Shown: piece after piece, positions 47,032-56,075 of the stretch | How the letters are laid out: the number at the start of each line of letters is the position of its first letter | Numbering within the stretch: the first letter of the stretch is position 1 | Assembly: GCA_963754925.1 (NCBI GenBank) | Contig: CAVWHX010000005.1 | Location: forward strand, 64,001 to 128,000 | DNA length: 64,000 bases | From: an uncultured delta proteobacterium | GTDB taxonomy: Bacteria; Myxococcota; B64-G9 | Reading direction: 5' to 3' | Notes under the pieces: generated by a model | Database searches by the model: none | What the model saw: only the letters and a program-made list of their open reading frames with translations | Told to the model about the DNA's origin: nothing | Translations under genes and position numbers: made by a program

Positions 47032-50000
47032 TCAATCGGCAATCGAGTACTTCAAACGGCCGCGGAGAATGAAATACTCATCTGATACCGCAAAGCGCAG
47101 CAGTTCGCCAAATACGGGATAGGGAGAGAGGGCGGTGATGATCTCTTTGGTCGAGCTGAGGCGTCTTTCGTTGAGCTCCGGGATTACGCGGCACAGGTGC
47201 ATGATGGCTTGGCTCAGGTCGTTGCCCATCAGGAGCCCGACGCGGTTGGCGGAGAGTTCGAGGCTTCGCAGGAACGCATCGTAGTCAGGAGCCTTAGCCA
47301 GGTCAGATGAATGGCCCTGGACGAGTTCTTCGAGCGCTTTGCGGCATTTACGGCTCATGGCTTTGTGGACTTGGCGGCTGAGCTCGCCGACCGCGCCTGC
47401 GGCGGTGCTGACGAGCTCGCAACCGGGCGCAAAGGGCTGAACGACCGCGGCCAGAAGTCGCGAGAGATCTTTTCCGCCGAGTTGCGTGGCCAGATAGCTG
47501 CCGTCCAAGATCCGTTTGATGGCGCGGCCCAGCGCGAAACGTTGTTCGCGCACCATCGTGTGTTTGGGCAGCCCATCGCCGACTATCAGCGACACCGGCG
47601 CCGTGTTCTCGATAGAAACCACATGGTTGGGTTGGGTTGAAAGGTACAGTTCATAGTCAACCTTATCGACGGTGAGGTTGTGAATCATCCCTTCGCACAT
47701 GGTCCGCGTCGGATCGTCCGGCCGGGCGCGGTTGCCCTTGCCCACCCCATGGCGCTCGAGTTTAGGCGGGAACACCTTGCTGAGCTGTCCGCTGAGAAGC
47801 TTGATGATTTCGCGTAGGATGCCGTACTCCGACGGGTGCAGCAGCAGCCGCTCGAAGTCCACGTGCGATAGCTGTTCACTTGAACGTTCAGCCACTTTTG
47901 AGGCGTTTTCGGTATAAAACGGCTCCTCGTTTTGATCGGTGGCGCGCAAAAAGTGCAGAACGGCGCACACGCAGAAGACCTTATCGTGGGCGCGCTGAGC
48001 TTCAAACATCCGCCGCAACTCGCGGTATGAATCGATCCGGTAGGGATCGTGCTCGAGCAACGTACGATGTTCTTCGACGGCGTTTGCGTGATAGGGGTCG
48101 GCGCCTCCATAGAGGCTTGCCAGGTTCAAATGCGCCTCTGCCGATCCAGGGTCTAACGCCACGATGCGTTTATACTCGATGATAGCCTTGTCGACCTGGT
48201 TGAGCTTTTCGCTGTACAGTTTGCCGATCTTGAAATGGTAGGGAATGGCGTCGCGTGCGCGATCGGCCGGCAGCTTTTGGATGAAGGTTTGGTAGATGGC
48301 GATAAGCTCGTCCCATTGCTCCGAGCGCTCGTAGAGCTGGCTTAATTTATTAAGCGCGTCTGAATTATTCGGAGCGAGTAGTTGAACTTGTTGGTAGCAC
48401 TGCACCGCCCGGGCGAAGTCGCCCAAGCCGCGCTCGAAAATGCTGGCCTGTTCGTAATAATAAATAACCTGTCGCTGCGGATCGTGTTCAATTTCGATGA
48501 GGCGCGCCAGCACGCCGATCGTCTCAGCCCATTGCTGGCGGGCGAAGTGAATGGTCTTGAGGTGTTCGAGGCTATTGACATCATCCGGTTGCAGCGCGAG
48601 CACCTGACGAAAATGTTCGATGGCATTTTCCGGTTGAGGCAGTTTTTCCTGGAAAATCAAGCCTAATCGGTAATGAGTGAGCGCTGCCTGGTTGGGATCC
48701 ACGCCCAACTCCAACGCACGCAGACCAAAATGCATGGCCTCGTCCCAATCGCCCAGTTCAAAGGATAATTCGGAAAGAGTAGTAATGGTCGGCAGGTGGT
48801 TGGGTTCAGTCTTGAGGATCTCTTGAAAGTAGGCCTGCGCGTCACGTGGACGTTGCAGGCGCTGCTGGGTGATGCGGCCCAATTTCAGGTAGAGCTCGAT
48901 GCGCTCCGGCCCCTCGACCACCCGAAGGCGATTGCTATAGAGCCCGACCAAGCGTTCCCAATCGGCGGCGCCGGTCAACAACACCTCGAGCATTTGAAAG
49001 GCCTGTTCCTCGTGGGGATCGTGCTCGAGCACCCGTAGGAGGCAACCGATGGCGCGTTGGTCATCAAAGAGCCGTTCATGGAATATCTGGGCGGCCTGAA
49101 GCAAAATGGCGATCGCTTGTTGCGGAACGCGGGTCGCGAGTCCCTCGCGGTCGAGCAGGTCGAGCAGCTCGGTTTGCTTGCCTTGAGCAAGGAAAATCCG
49201 TTTGAGGGCTTTAATGGCCGGTAGATGCTCGGGCGCCAACCGGAGAGCCTCACGGAAATAATGGACGGCAACCTCCGGATCCTTGAGTTGTGTCTCGGCC
49301 AGGTCGCCGAGGCGCATGCATAGATCCAGCAACTCCTCGGCGGTGTACGTGCGGCTCAAGGCGCTTTCGTACAGCCGGCGCAATCCGTTCCAGGTGCCGG
49401 ACGTGCGGTACAGTATATCCAGGGAGCGGTTGGCCTCGGGATGGGTTGGATCGAGTGCAAGCATCTTCAACAAGTTTTCGCCGGCGCTCTCCGCTGGCTG
49501 CAAACGGTTCTCCTTGAGGTTGACGATCTGCGCCTGCAACACGACCTGCAGGTGCGGGTCGTTGGTGCGCGCACTCAGCAGTTCGTAGACGCGAACCAGC
49601 GCCGCATAATTGCGCTGGCTGAGATAGATACGTTCGAGTGCCTCAAGCGACGGGAGATAATCGGGGTTAACGGTCAGGATGCGCTCGTGATACTCGGCTG
49701 CTTTGACGAGGTCGTTTACCTGGTTGGCGTAGATCTCGGCCATGGTTGAAAGGATCTCGACCTGTTGCGTTTCGACCGAGGTTTGGCGCAACTGGCGCTC
49801 GTATATGAGCAGGAGCTCCCGCCAATTGCTGCCCAGGGTGTACTGCTCTATGAGCCCCTGGATGGCGGGTCCGTAGTCCTCGACGATGGTTAAGATGCGC
49901 TGCAACGTCTCGATGGCTTTGTCCGGCCGCCCAAGCGGTTGTCTCCAAATCTCGGCCGCCCGGTACAGGGATAGGGCGCGCTGGGAGGGATCCTCCAGCA

Positions 50001-52215
50001 CCTGCGCCTCTTTCTCGTAAACCTCCAGCAAGTTTTCCCAGTCGCGTTTGTTGGTATAGATGCGGATCAGCGCCTTGATGCTGGGGAAGTTGTGGGGCTG
50101 AATGCGCAGGACTTCCTGATAGATTTGGAGGGCGCGCTCCTCCTGAATCATTTTCTCTTCATACAGCTCGCCGATGTTGTAGAGCAGGGCGATATGCTGG
50201 GTCTCACTTTGGGTTACCTCGATCTCCTGCCGGTACATGCCCACCAGGTCTTCCCAGCGACCCTTGACAAAATACAACCGACCGAGACTCTGCAGCGCGG
50301 GGAGGTAGGACGGCGCTAGGGCGAGCACCTTCTTATAGGTTTCAATCGCCATGTCCTTGTTGTTGAGTTTTTCCTCGTAGATCTCTCCGTTGCGGTGGAG
50401 CAGGGAGACAACCTGTTTTTGGTCGTTGACCAGCTGCGCCTCGGTTTCGTTAACCTTGATGGATTCCTCCCAGCGATCCGCGCGTACGAAGAGTTTGCCA
50501 AGGGTGCGGATGGCCGGCAGGTGGTTGGGCGAGATCTCCAGGATGCGCTGGTAGCTGACGACCGCCTGATCAAGGTTGCCGAGCTTATCCTCCCACAGGG
50601 ATCCAATCTTATCGAGCAAGAAGACCGCCTGCTCGTGATCGGTGGTTACCACCAGTTCATCCTCGTACATGCGGATCAGCTTTTCCCAGCGATTGTATTT
50701 GGCGTACAATCGTCCCAAGGCCTTGAGGGCCGGCAGATAGCCCTGGTTAAGCTCGAGGCATTGTTCGAGTCGCGTCATAGCGTCTTCGTCGCGGTTGAGT
50801 CGCTCCTCGAGGATTTCGGCGAGCTTGTACAGGCGCACCGACTTGGCCTTTGGATCCTGGAGGTCGCGGATCTCGATCTCATACATCTGAACCAACTCGG
50901 CCCAACTGCCCTTGCGGAAGAAAAGTTTGCCCAGCGCTTGGTGCGCCGGTTGGTGATTCGCATCGAGTTCGATAACCTTGCGATAATAGGGAATAGTTCG
51001 GTCATCGTCGAAGAGCTTCTCCTCCAGTAAATTGCCGAGCTTGAAATACACCGACACCAACTCTTGGGGATCGCTAATCACGGTGACCTGTTGTTCCAGC
51101 GTCGCGACCAACTCAGGCCAGCGCATCAGATTTTCGTAGATGCTGGCCAATTCATCCAGCAGCAGCCGGTTGTTGGGTGAAAGCTGCAAGGCGCGCTGCA
51201 AGGATTGGATGGCACCCTCCTCGTTGCCGAGTTCCTCGCGCAACACGCGGGCGATCTGATAGTGCAACATGGCGGCTTCGGCCGGCGTGGTCGTGACCGC
51301 GAGCTCTTTGTTGACTATCTCAACCTGAGCCTCAAATTTTCGATCCTTGGCATACATCCGGGCAAGCTCGTGGAGGGCGTTGAGCTGACCGGGCTCAATC
51401 GTCAGTATCCGCTGGAGCAGCGCCTCGGCCGAAGCCGTGTCTTGGAGGTTTACCTGAAGTATGTGCGCCGAGCTGAGGAGCAACGCCACCACAACGCGCG
51501 GATCTGAGATGAGCTCAACCAGCCGCATGCGCACGTCAAGTACCTTCGGCCAGTCACCGGCCGAAACAGCAATCCGCTCGATCTGCCGCAGGCACTCAAT
51601 GTCCTGAGGGGCACATGCAACAGCGCTTTCGAAGGCTTTCGAGGCGTCATCGATCCGGCCGAGCTTCTCTTCGAACACCAGCCCGCGCTGCAGGTGCAGG
51701 TGCGCCTTGCCCAGCGCCTCGTCGGTCGCCTCGGCTTCGGATTCGAGAATCTGGACGGTTGCGTTCCAGTTGCCGATCTGGGAGGCAAGCCGGCAGGCGG
51801 CGCGTATGTTGGGCAGTAGGTGCGGCCTTAGTTGGAAGGCTTTGTTATAACAGATCCACGCATTGCGTTGTTGGGCGAGTTTTTCTTCCCAGATCCGGCC
51901 GCATTCAAAGTACAAGGCGGCCGCCTCGGGCACGTCGCCGAGCGCCTCGATCTCACGTTCGTACTCGGACAGCAACCCCTGCCAGGCCGGCGCTTGCAGC
52001 GGATCAAATGCCGCCGGTTGGCTTCCCGGAACGCCGGGTAGCGGAAGGGGCTCCTCTCTCTGACCGGGCGCAAGCATCACCACGGGCGGCGGATCGGTCT
52101 GGATGGGAATGTCGATAGCCGTATCAATCGGTATGCCCGTGTCTGAGGAATCTGTCGGCTGTTGGGGTAGGGGAGTAGATGGCGTCTGCTCCGGGTATTT
52201 TTCGTCTGCACCCAT
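47032..52215 (-). CDS. Giant TPR-repeat protein (myxobacterial gliding-motility-like)
   Basis: Dozens of A...Y..VL...P.HLPAL..L repeats; C-terminal RFALGR...ANRVGLL...LLRFAVSDEY. Confidence 0.8.
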   Translation of the reverse strand: MGADEKYPEQTPSTPLPQQPTDSSDTGIPIDTAIDIPIQTDPPPVVMLAPGQREEPLPLPGVPGSQPAAFDPLQAPAWQGLLSEYEREIEALGDVPEAAALYFECGRIWEEKLAQQRNAWICYNKAFQLRPHLLPNIRAACRLASQIGNWNATVQILESEAEATDEALGKAHLHLQRGLVFEEKLGRIDDASKAFESAVACAPQDIECLRQIERIAVSAGDWPKVLDVRMRLVELISDPRVVVALLLSSAHILQVNLQDTASAEALLQRILTIEPGQLNALHELARMYAKDRKFEAQVEIVNKELAVTTTPAEAAMLHYQIARVLREELGNEEGAIQSLQRALQLSPNNRLLLDELASIYENLMRWPELVATLEQQVTVISDPQELVSVYFKLGNLLEEKLFDDDRTIPYYRKVIELDANHQPAHQALGKLFFRKGSWAELVQMYEIEIRDLQDPKAKSVRLYKLAEILEERLNRDEDAMTRLEQCLELNQGYLPALKALGRLYAKYNRWEKLIRMYEDELVVTTDHEQAVFLLDKIGSLWEDKLGNLDQAVVSYQRILEISPNHLPAIRTLGKLFVRADRWEESIKVNETEAQLVNDQKQVVSLLHRNGEIYEEKLNNKDMAIETYKKVLALAPSYLPALQSLGRLYFVKGRWEDLVGMYRQEIEVTQSETQHIALLYNIGELYEEKMIQEERALQIYQEVLRIQPHNFPSIKALIRIYTNKRDWENLLEVYEKEAQVLEDPSQRALSLYRAAEIWRQPLGRPDKAIETLQRILTIVEDYGPAIQGLIEQYTLGSNWRELLLIYERQLRQTSVETQQVEILSTMAEIYANQVNDLVKAAEYHERILTVNPDYLPSLEALERIYLSQRNYAALVRVYELLSARTNDPHLQVVLQAQIVNLKENRLQPAESAGENLLKMLALDPTHPEANRSLDILYRTSGTWNGLRRLYESALSRTYTAEELLDLCMRLGDLAETQLKDPEVAVHYFREALRLAPEHLPAIKALKRIFLAQGKQTELLDLLDREGLATRVPQQAIAILLQAAQIFHERLFDDQRAIGCLLRVLEHDPHEEQAFQMLEVLLTGAADWERLVGLYSNRLRVVEGPERIELYLKLGRITQQRLQRPRDAQAYFQEILKTEPNHLPTITTLSELSFELGDWDEAMHFGLRALELGVDPNQAALTHYRLGLIFQEKLPQPENAIEHFRQVLALQPDDVNSLEHLKTIHFARQQWAETIGVLARLIEIEHDPQRQVIYYYEQASIFERGLGDFARAVQCYQQVQLLAPNNSDALNKLSQLYERSEQWDELIAIYQTFIQKLPADRARDAIPYHFKIGKLYSEKLNQVDKAIIEYKRIVALDPGSAEAHLNLASLYGGADPYHANAVEEHRTLLEHDPYRIDSYRELRRMFEAQRAHDKVFCVCAVLHFLRATDQNEEPFYTENASKVAERSSEQLSHVDFERLLLHPSEYGILREIIKLLSGQLSKVFPPKLERHGVGKGNRARPDDPTRTMCEGMIHNLTVDKVDYELYLSTQPNHVVSIENTAPVSLIVGDGLPKHTMVREQRFALGRAIKRILDGSYLATQLGGKDLSRLLAAVVQPFAPGCELVSTAAGAVGELSRQVHKAMSRKCRKALEELVQGHSSDLAKAPDYDAFLRSLELSANRVGLLMGNDLSQAIMHLCRVIPELNERRLSSTKEIITALSPYPVFGELLRFAVSDEYFILRGRLKYSIAD

Positions 52216-52324
52216 CTTCAAGCACCCTCCGCCTAAGAACGACACAAAATTGTCCACATGATTCTTGACTTAATATCTATCATAACACAATGACTACGTA
52301 CAAGTTTTTTGGATTAATTTCGCC

Positions 52325-52630
52325 TCAAAGGACGTTTCGTAACCGAGCGAGAAGCGTCTCCTCGGGGATATCTCGTATCCGTACGGTCTTGGCCCGAGTG
52401 CTCAGGCCGGCGACGAGGCTCACGTTACGAGTGGGTAGCTCCAGCGCCTCTGATAAGAAACGCAACAGCGCAGCGTTGGCTTTTCCTGCAATCGGTGCGG
52501 CGGAAAGCTTGAGCTTCAGACGCTCGCCATGCAAACCGGCAAAACCGGATTTCTTCGCATTTGGCTGAATCCAAAGCATAATCAACCATCCTCCGGAGCG
52601 CTCGCGCTGCAGATATTTCGGAGTCGTCAC
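52325..52630 (-). CDS. yggU: DUF167/YggU family protein
   Basis: IQPNAKKS...LSAAPIAGKANAAL..FL...GLSTRAK. Confidence 0.85.
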   Translation of the reverse strand: MTTPKYLQRERSGGWLIMLWIQPNAKKSGFAGLHGERLKLKLSAAPIAGKANAALLRFLSEALELPTRNVSLVAGLSTRAKTVRIRDIPEETLLARLRNVL

Positions 52631-53446
52631 TGACTGTTCTCGACTTCGCTGCGGGTCGTTGGTTGTTGAGACGGGGCGGCGGCGTCGATCTCTTGCGGTT
52701 TAGCTTGTTTGAGGAACTTTATTTTGTCCTCGACATTAAAGCTGCCGCTTCGGGTCTCGGCCTCTTGACGAACGGTCAATAATTTGGTGTGCGTGTCAAT
52801 GGTGTTCTGGATGTGCGGAAACCAGCGCCGTTTGCTGATGTTGCAGGCGTTCGACATCCTCGCGCAGCTCTTCGGTTTCGTGGTCGCGTTCCAGGCCCAG
52901 TTGGTTGGCGTGGGCCTCGATTGCTTCGCGGATAGCCGCATACAACAGCGCGCGCCGCTGACGCAATTCTTCGATGCCGATGAAGAGCGATTCGGTGCGT
53001 TCTTGGTTGATCTCCTGCAGCAGCCGGCGGTGGGCTTCGATGATGCCGATTAGGTTGGCCTTGAGGCCTTCGCGTTGCCGCTTCATTTCATTGATGTCTT
53101 CAATAATCTTGATAAGCCGGTCGTTGGCGGCGTAGATGATCTTCTCGGCTTGAAGCTCGGCGCGCGAGATGATGAGCTCGGCCTCCTTGCGGGCGTCTTC
53201 TTTCAGGTCCTCGGTAATCTTCTGTGCGGTAAGCATGGTTTCTTTGAGCGTCCGCTCGCGTTCGTGGTACTCCTCCACCACCCGATTGGAACGAGCCAGC
53301 TCCTCCCTGAGGCGATTGAGCTCGCGCTGGGAAGATTCCAACTCATCGCTCGCCAAGTTGAGGAACGAGTCCACCTCGTGTGGGTCGAGCCCTCGAAAGG
53401 TACGACCAAACGTTTGTTGACGAATGTCGATGGGGGTAATCTTCAT
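52627..53446 (-). CDS. divIVA: DivIVA-domain protein (frameshift near 52820)
   Basis: MKITPIDIRQQTFGRTFRGLDPHEVDSFL followed by coiled coil. Confidence 0.85.
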
Positions 53447-53461
53447 AGCGTGCTCCTTGGC

Positions 53462-54079
53462 CTATGCGGCCGCGAATGGCCGGAAAATCCCGGCTTGCTC
53501 CAAAAGAGCAATAGTTTCACTGAGCGGCAGGCCGACAACGTTGGTGTAGGAGCCATTGATGCGGCTGACCAGCATGGCACCGCGGCCCTGGATCCCGTAG
53601 GCTCCAGCTTTATCAAGGGGTTCGCCGGTGCGTATATAACCGCTAATCCACTCTTCGGTCAATGGGCGAAAGGTGACGTTGGTGCGGACCGTGAGGGACT
53701 GTTCGATGGCGGTACCAACGTGCAGCAGCACGACAGCCGTCAATACCAGGTGGTCGCGGCCAGACAGCCGTCGCAGCATGACCGCAGCATCGTCCTCGTC
53801 GGCCGGTTTGCCGAGGATCTCGTCGTCGACCACCACAATAGTGTCGGCCCCGAGAACCCAGCAGTCGCCCGGGAGCCTCTGGGCAGCGGCACCTGCCTTC
53901 TGACGAGCGACCCTCAGACAGAAATTTTCGGGAGTTTCGTGCGCCGTCAGACGTTCGTCGGTTGTCGTCGCCACTTGCTGAAAGGGGACGCCGGCCAACG
54001 TCAGGAGCTCTCGGCGGCGGGGAGAACTTGACGCCAACAACAACGGATCATGCCCACGTGATGTATGCGGTAATTGCAC
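53462..54079 (-). CDS. maf: Maf nucleotide pyrophosphatase; start uncertain
   Basis: LASSSPRR, GADT, ILGKP, GEPLDKAGAYGIQG, NVVGLP. Confidence 0.93.
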   Translation of the reverse strand: MQLPHTSRGHDPLLLASSSPRRRELLTLAGVPFQQVATTTDERLTAHETPENFCLRVARQKAGAAAQRLPGDCWVLGADTIVVVDDEILGKPADEDDAAVMLRRLSGRDHLVLTAVVLLHVGTAIEQSLTVRTNVTFRPLTEEWISGYIRTGEPLDKAGAYGIQGRGAMLVSRINGSYTNVVGLPLSETIALLEQAGIFRPFAAA

Positions 54080-54222
54080 GAACTGAAGTTTAAGCCAATG
54101 ATCCGAATGAATCAAGAAATACACGCCAGATCTTTCAACGGCGATTCAATTGACTTCACCGGCACTTCTTATACAATGAATGATATGTTCTAACAACCTT
54201 AACGTGGGGTAGGGTTTCCATA

Positions 54223-55272
54223 ATGCAGCGGGAGGAATTGCTCAAAGAGATGGCGCGTACCATCTCGGAGCTGCGACTGTTCAATGACGTCGGCAAAGCA
54301 CTGACCTCGACGCTCGATATTCGCGAAGTCCTCTCCCTGGTCATGCAAAAAATCAGTGAGTTGCTCCGCCCCAGCAATTGGTCGCTCTTGTTGGTCGACC
54401 CGTTGACCAAGGAGCTGTATTTTGAAATTGCGGTAGGCACGGGGTCGGAGAAGCTCAAGGATATGCGTTTGCCGAAAGGCGAAGGGGTGGTGAGTTGGGT
54501 CGCCCAGGAAAAAACGCCGATCCTGGTTGGCGATGCCCGCGAGGATCAGCGGTGGTGCCGGAAGATCGACGAAGTGACGAAATTCGAGACCAGGGCGATT
54601 CTCTGCGTTCCCATGATGTCGCATGATTCGGTGCTCGGGGTGATCGAATTGGTTAACACCGAGCCGCACACGTTTAGCGAGGCGGACCTACGGTTACTCG
54701 CTTCGCTAGCCGATTACGCCGCCATCGCTATCGAGAACGCTCGAAACTTTAAACGGATACAAGAACTGACGGTGACCGACGACGTTACCAGCCTCTATAA
54801 CTCACGGCACCTCCATGACACACTCGAATACGAATTCGAGCGGTCCAAACGATACGACCTATCGTTTTCGGTAATCTTTTTTGACATCGATCGCTTCAAA
54901 CAGGTCAACGATAGGTATGGCCATCTATGCGGATCTAAGTTGCTCCGGGAGGTTGGCGATCTCGTATGCAGCAATCTTCGAACGATTGACGTTCCGACTC
55001 GATACGGCGGCGACGAGTTTGTTATAATACTTCCCCAGACCACTAAGCAACAGGCTATCCATGTTACCCGGCGATTGCGGCTCGCCCTGAATGAAAAAGA
55101 TTTTCTTAATTCAGAGGGACTGAACGTTAAGATTACCGCCTCGTTTGGGATTGCAACCTTCCCTGACGACACCGAGGAAAAGGATGGGGTTCTTCGGATG
55201 GCCGACGAAGCCATGTACCGGATAAAGGAATCAACGCGGGATGGCATCAAGATCGCTGGTGTTTCTAGCTGA
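54223..55272 (+). CDS. GAF-GGDEF diguanylate cyclase
   Basis: GAF domain, DIDRFK.VND..GH, RTID I-site, RYGGDEF. Confidence 0.93.
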   Translation: MQREELLKEMARTISELRLFNDVGKALTSTLDIREVLSLVMQKISELLRPSNWSLLLVDPLTKELYFEIAVGTGSEKLKDMRLPKGEGVVSWVAQEKTPILVGDAREDQRWCRKIDEVTKFETRAILCVPMMSHDSVLGVIELVNTEPHTFSEADLRLLASLADYAAIAIENARNFKRIQELTVTDDVTSLYNSRHLHDTLEYEFERSKRYDLSFSVIFFDIDRFKQVNDRYGHLCGSKLLREVGDLVCSNLRTIDVPTRYGGDEFVIILPQTTKQQAIHVTRRLRLALNEKDFLNSEGLNVKITASFGIATFPDDTEEKDGVLRMADEAMYRIKESTRDGIKIAGVSS

Positions 55273-55304
55273 TTAATTCATATACGCCGTTATTATTTGG
55301 TAAC

Positions 55305-55478
55305 GGGTATTTTTCTACCCTGGGGGTGATTTTTGATCTAGGAATATGTGTGTAAATGGGTATATAATGACCCATGGGCGAGTAAGAATGAATCCATCGA
55401 TAGTTACCCAAACGCTATGAGCTAACTGAATAAGTTGGTCATAAGTGAGATCATGCAAGGCCATGGTACGTTTCTAGC
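55305..55478 (+). promoter_or_regulatory. Candidate sigma54 promoter with upstream enhancer sites
   Basis: TGGTACG-TTTC-TAGC (55464-55478); GGGTA-N6-TACCC (55305-55320) and GGGTA-N6-GACCC (55358-55373). Confidence 0.6.
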
Positions 55479-55524
55479 AGATATTTCCCTGAAGCAGAGC
55501 CTTTTTTGCGAGGAGGAATTCACT

Positions 55525-56043
55525 ATGAACCGGCCGGTCGTTCTTTTCGTAGATGATGAAGCCAATGTGCTCAATGCCTTACGCAGATCGTTACGAAAGG
55601 AACCCTACGAGCAGCTTTTTGCCCAGGATCCCAAGGAAGCCCTGGAAATTCTTGGGAAGAGAAATGTTGATCTTGTTATATCGGATCATCTTATGCCTTC
55701 AATGGATGGGCTGTCGTTGCTCAAGATGGTGAAAGAGCATTACCCGAAGATCATACGGGTACTTTTGACTGGTCATGCCGATGTACAAATGACTATTGCA
55801 GCCATCAACGAAGGAGAGGTTTTCCGTTTCTTGACTAAACCCTGGGACGACGCGGAGCTTAAAGTAACCCTCAAAAATATCTTCGAGTTTATCGATATTC
55901 GTCGTGAAAACCAAGTGTTACTCGATACCGTGAGGAAGCAACGGGTTTTCATTGATAAACTGGAATCTGAACATCCTGGACTGTTGATCGTTGAGCGGGA
56001 TGAGTCTGGCGCTATAGTTCTCGACGAGGATCTAGACGGATAA
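55525..56043 (+). CDS. Response regulator (REC + short tail)
   Basis: FVDDE, ISDHLMP, LTG, KPW. Confidence 0.9.
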   Translation: MNRPVVLFVDDEANVLNALRRSLRKEPYEQLFAQDPKEALEILGKRNVDLVISDHLMPSMDGLSLLKMVKEHYPKIIRVLLTGHADVQMTIAAINEGEVFRFLTKPWDDAELKVTLKNIFEFIDIRRENQVLLDTVRKQRVFIDKLESEHPGLLIVERDESGAIVLDEDLDG

Positions 56044-56075
56044 CGGCGTTAGGTCAATGGTGGAGGACCGTTGAA

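Noticed and set aside
47311..54031. Long antisense or overlapping ORFs (for example 50395..51030 and 53075..54031; likewise 12890..13681 and 43629..44216)
   Set aside because: They are shadows of well-supported genes on the opposite strand in GC-rich DNA and show no motifs.
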